Positions 48,762 through 52,294 of a stretch of 52,294 bases of DNA are shown here, in pieces. The translations under genes were made by a program, and so were the position numbers. This DNA is from an uncultured Bacillales bacterium. Its GTDB lineage: Bacteria > Bacillota_I > Bacilli_A > RF39 > UBA660. The notes below the pieces were generated by a model. The model saw only the letters and a list, made by a program, of their open reading frames with translations, had not been told where the DNA came from and searched no databases. The stretch spans positions 1-52,294 of the forward strand of contig CAMUXV010000004.1 in NCBI GenBank assembly GCA_947164795.1, read 5' to 3'. The first letter of the stretch is position 1, and each line of letters begins with the position of its first letter.

Positions 48762-49619
48762 CTATTTCAAATTATTTAATGCTCCATTGTCTAAATCATC
48801 AATACTATATAAAGTTTCAAGTATATTAAAAGTTTCATTAAGTGGTAACTTAGCATGATTCCATCCTGTGCCATCAGTAATCCAAATAAAAGTTAATCCA
48901 TCAATTTCTCTAACCTTATTTGCAATTAGTTCATAGCTTCGTGCTGTTTCATTTAATTTAGAACCTTGTGTTGCATAAAAATTTGTTTCAATAACATATA
49001 TTTGTTTGTCTGTTTTAATTACATAATCCCATCGCTTTGTTGCTTTAATATCTCCCATTAAAATTGATAAATCTATATTCCATTTTGATTCAATTTCTGA
49101 AGTATACATTTCTTTAAAATAATTTATATCTTTAACATATCCAGCTTTTATAATGTAATTTTCAACAAGTTCTTCCATTAAATGGCCACCACGATTTTTC
49201 CTGCCATTTGAATCCAATCCAACTTCAACACCTAATAGATAATCATACAAATTATTAATGATATGATTCTGTAGCAAGTTAAATAATCCTGTTTGTCTCA
49301 TAAATGTTACATAATCTCCAACCGAATACACCATTTTATTAAATTTAAATAAATATTCATTTGTAGCATCTTTTATAAATATCTCATTTGATCTTACAGC
49401 AAGTAACACTGGAATTACTTCTAAAGTTTCAGGATACTTTACTATTATATTTTCAAATTCTTTCTCAATATTTTTACTTCCTATCAACGAATTCAAAATA
49501 TTAAGTTCAACTTTATATTTTTCTGCAAATTTATATATTTTATCAAAATCAACATAATAACTATAATTTGATATGCTCGTTTTAAATTTACTAAGCCATT
49601 TATTGAAATCTCTTTTCAT
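48762..49619 (-). CDS. dpnB: DpnII-family type II restriction endonuclease (probably GATC)
   Basis: YYVDFDKI, LNILNSLIG, GVEVGLDSNGRKNRGG, IETNFY, GSKLNETARSY, WITDG. Confidence 0.93.
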   Translation of the reverse strand: MKRDFNKWLSKFKTSISNYSYYVDFDKIYKFAEKYKVELNILNSLIGSKNIEKEFENIIVKYPETLEVIPVLLAVRSNEIFIKDATNEYLFKFNKMVYSVGDYVTFMRQTGLFNLLQNHIINNLYDYLLGVEVGLDSNGRKNRGGHLMEELVENYIIKAGYVKDINYFKEMYTSEIESKWNIDLSILMGDIKATKRWDYVIKTDKQIYVIETNFYATQGSKLNETARSYELIANKVREIDGLTFIWITDGTGWNHAKLPLNETFNILETLYSIDDLDNGALNNLK

Positions 49620-49630
49620 ATTAATTCCTC

Positions 49631-50470
49631 CTACAATAATTCAACGATAATAAAGCTCTTGTCATCGGAAAATTTCCAATAAGATTTTTTATTTTCTTCA
49701 CCTGAATATCCTATAAATCCTGCTTTTTTATAATAATCAGTTATACCACCAAAATATTTTCTAGTTTTATTTATCTTTAACTTCTTTTTTATTCCAAAAC
49801 ACTCAACTTCGAATTCTTCAAAATTCTGGATTTCATCATATATTTGTCGAGGAATTGGTAATATTCTAGCTCTAATATCGTTTCTAGAAATTGGCTTTGG
49901 TATACTTTCATCTTTTATATTGTTATTACAATTATTAAAAACTGATATTTCCTTTTCTTCTTGTTCTATTAATGATTTAATTCTATTTTCCGATATTCTT
50001 GGAGTCCAATCAATCATTACATCTTTCTCAGGATGATTCAAATAATAGTTTACAATATCAGCACCGTTTATTAATACTACAGGTTTTGAGTTTTCAGCTG
50101 CTTTTTTTATTGCATCACTTGTAAAATATCCTGTTGTTATGAATATTCTTCCATTAGGATTTTCTTGTTCATTTGATTGTAGATCTGAAATTGGATGCCT
50201 ATTAATATTTTGTCCTGTTGGAGAATATTTTTTTGCCTGGACAATATATTTTTCTTGTATTTCATTGCTTCCAGGGATAACGCGCTTATAACAAATTAAA
50301 TCAATACCCCCATCCCCTGAGCGACCAGTTACTTCTATATCTTCAAAACCGATATCATTTAAAAATATTTTTACAAATATTTCAAATTGTCTTCCACCTT
50401 TTACTTTATTTTCTTTATCAAAACATTTATAAAAATCTTCAACTAATTTTTTGATATTATTATTCATCAA
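49631..50470 (-). CDS. Mrr-like restriction endonuclease with an extra C-terminal domain
   Basis: FEIFV, VTGRSGDGGID, VQAKKY, FITTGYFT..A, LING; ~100-aa C-terminal extension. Confidence 0.85.
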   Translation of the reverse strand: MMNNNIKKLVEDFYKCFDKENKVKGGRQFEIFVKIFLNDIGFEDIEVTGRSGDGGIDLICYKRVIPGSNEIQEKYIVQAKKYSPTGQNINRHPISDLQSNEQENPNGRIFITTGYFTSDAIKKAAENSKPVVLINGADIVNYYLNHPEKDVMIDWTPRISENRIKSLIEQEEKEISVFNNCNNNIKDESIPKPISRNDIRARILPIPRQIYDEIQNFEEFEVECFGIKKKLKINKTRKYFGGITDYYKKAGFIGYSGEENKKSYWKFSDDKSFIIVELL

Positions 50471-51230
50471 TTCTATCTTCCTTTCTTTTAATAGTTAAAT
50501 CTAAATATTCTTTTTCTAAATCTATGCCTATATATTTTCTTTTCAATTTATTTGCGACAATTCCAGTTGTTCCACTTCCATTAAAAGGATCCAATATTAA
50601 ATCTCCTGCATCGGTTGATGCTAAAATTAATTTTTCTAATATTACCATTGGTTTTTGGGTTGGATGTTTTCCACATTTCTTTTCACTAGGCTTAGTTAAT
50701 GATGATTCCCAAACATCTTTTGCTTGTTTTCCACCATTTAATTCTTTCATTAATTGGTAATTAAATTTATGTTTGGCTTTCTTTATATCTTTTTTTGCCC
50801 ACAATATTGTTTCTGTTGAATGAACAAAATATCTGCAACTAATATTTGGAGGAGGATTTAGTTTTTTCCATGTTATATTATTTATAATTTTAAATCCTTC
50901 TTGTTCTAAAGCCATTCCAATTGAATAAATATTATGAAGTGTTCCACTTATCCATATAGTTCCTTCATCTTTTAAAATGTTATAACATAATCTTATCCAT
51001 TCTCTGTTAAATTTATGTTTTTCTTCAATTCCTATTTTTTTATCCCATTTTCCTTTATTAACAGAAACCATTTTTCCACCACTGCAAGAAATACCATCGC
51101 CAGACAAAAAATAAGGTGGATCAGCAAATATCATATCTATACTATTCTTTTTTATTTTTTTTAATTCTTCTAATGAGTCACCTAAAATCAATTTAAAATC
51201 TCTTTTATTATAATAGTACTTTTTTGTCAT
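50460..51230 (-). CDS. dpnA: DpnA-like beta-class N6-adenine DNA methyltransferase
   Basis: FADPPY before HPTQKP and LDPFNGSGTT; likely start 51230. Confidence 0.9.
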   Translation of the reverse strand: MTKKYYYNKRDFKLILGDSLEELKKIKKNSIDMIFADPPYFLSGDGISCSGGKMVSVNKGKWDKKIGIEEKHKFNREWIRLCYNILKDEGTIWISGTLHNIYSIGMALEQEGFKIINNITWKKLNPPPNISCRYFVHSTETILWAKKDIKKAKHKFNYQLMKELNGGKQAKDVWESSLTKPSEKKCGKHPTQKPMVILEKLILASTDAGDLILDPFNGSGTTGIVANKLKRKYIGIDLEKEYLDLTIKRKEDRIDE

Positions 51231-51256
51231 TGATATTAGGCCTCCCATCTTAAATA

Positions 51257-52111
51257 TTATTCTTCAAATCCTTCTTTGTTTTTATAATTTGTAATTATTA
51301 CTTCTTCAACTGTACCTCTATTTTTTGCACTAGCCCCTATATTTCTTTGTGCAGTAACATAATTAAAGTTATATCCTTTGTATAATTCTTTAACAAGCTT
51401 TGTATTATAATTTGATAACATTACATAGCAGCCTCTTTTATCAAGTTCTTTAAACACATCTGATAAACGCTTTTGTTCTTCTTTACCAAATCCATTTTCG
51501 GTATAACTATTAAATGTTGAAGTGTCTGAATCATAAGGAGGATCAAAATATATAAAATCTCCTTTTTTAGCATTTTTTACAGATTTCTCAAAATCAATTG
51601 ATAATAGTTTAATATCGTAAAAGTTTAATAGGCAATGAATTATTCCTAAATTAGGTCCATCATAAGTATTTACTTTAACTTTTTTACCAGATGGAACATT
51701 GAACTCATTTTTACTATTTACTCTATATAATCCATTAAAACAAGCTTTATTTAAATAAATTGTTCTAGCCGCTCTTTTATAATCAGCTAATTTATTAAAA
51801 TTCTTCTTATTTCTATCTAAATCTCTTATTTTATAATAGTATTCTTCTGAATGATTCGCTTCGTGTTTATTTAATTCAGCACACATATTTGCAAATTTGT
51901 TTTCATCTTTAATACATTCATATACATTCATTAATTCAGCATTATAATCATTTATGACTGCTTTTTTTGGTTGAAGTTCATATAATAAAGCTCCTCCACC
52001 AACAAATGGCTCATAATATGTTTTATACTCGTCTGGAGCAAGTTTTACTAATTTATCTACGATTGATCTTTTACCTCCTGCCCACTTTACAAATGGTTTC
52101 GCTTTAAGCAT
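51257..52111 (-). CDS. dpnM: Dam/DpnM-like alpha-class adenine methyltransferase
   Basis: KWAGGK, YEPFVGGG, FNGLYRVN, YFDPPY, MLSN; likely start 52111. Confidence 0.94.
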   Translation of the reverse strand: MLKAKPFVKWAGGKRSIVDKLVKLAPDEYKTYYEPFVGGGALLYELQPKKAVINDYNAELMNVYECIKDENKFANMCAELNKHEANHSEEYYYKIRDLDRNKKNFNKLADYKRAARTIYLNKACFNGLYRVNSKNEFNVPSGKKVKVNTYDGPNLGIIHCLLNFYDIKLLSIDFEKSVKNAKKGDFIYFDPPYDSDTSTFNSYTENGFGKEEQKRLSDVFKELDKRGCYVMLSNYNTKLVKELYKGYNFNYVTAQRNIGASAKNRGTVEEVIITNYKNKEGFEE

Positions 52112-52294
52112 ATTAATACACCTCACTATAAATAATTATACCATAATTTGCCTAAATTCCGTCATATTAACGACAAATATATTTTTTTATTATTAATTAT
52201 TTTTTTATAAAAGTTACTAACCCCAGTAAATATAAGTGTTTAAATCAAAAATAGTACCCCCTAAAGGGGTGATCAAAGGCCTCTTGTAAATATC

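Larger units (their letters stand above)
43940..52294. mobile_element. Probable horizontally acquired defence island; right end may extend beyond the window
   Basis: Six consecutive DNA-modifying, nuclease or helicase genes; short repeats at the edges; no integrase in the window. Confidence 0.55.

Noticed and set aside
1892-50760. Many short + strand ORFs in the track (e.g. 1892-2173, 15704-16069, 34204-35052, 37257-37736) and 22848-23153 on the - strand
   Set aside because: Antisense shadows of well-supported genes, Ser/Ile/Phe-rich, no RBS
1-52294. Mycoplasma-type genetic code 4, suggested by the AT richness
   Set aside because: TGA acts as stop (lspA/rluD and mini-Fic/miaA ATGA overlaps) and conserved genes are full length under code 11

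Overview
Very AT-rich, gene-dense chromosomal segment (genetic code 11, genes mostly on the - strand) from a streamlined, apparently spore-forming Firmicute. Gene content and style suggest an uncultured Bacilli lineage such as RF39, which is inference only. About 1-43.9 kb is mainly housekeeping (PFOR, typA, cdaA-cdaR, aquaporin, ffh, tRNA-Gly, yidD, pduL, lemA, ung, rluD-lspA, miaA, mutL, truB-rbfA-infB-nusA-rimP, RNase J) plus sporulation genes (sigG, ylmC, gerQ, cotD-like, amidase-5xLysM), interleaved with orphans, two Fic-family genes, two pilin-like genes and two sortases. About 44-52.3 kb is a defence island: dpnM-dpnA-mrr-like-dpnB-OLD nuclease, then a RecD-like helicase. The strongest candidates for something new are: (1) one 984-aa ORF fusing a thioester-domain pilin-like adhesin, its VPNTG sorting signal, a two-helix membrane hairpin and a C-terminal sortase, i.e. 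a putative self-anchoring adhesin; (2) an unannotated ~100-nt structured RNA with its own promoter and terminator, convergent on a DUF3800 RNase H-fold gene; (3) a DpnII cassette expanded with an Mrr-like nuclease and an OLD nuclease next to a RecD-like helicase; (4) a tRNA-Gly with a covaried A19:U56 elbow pair; (5) an unannotated 32-aa ORF behind a Spo0A box. All family calls are by motif recognition, with no database searches.
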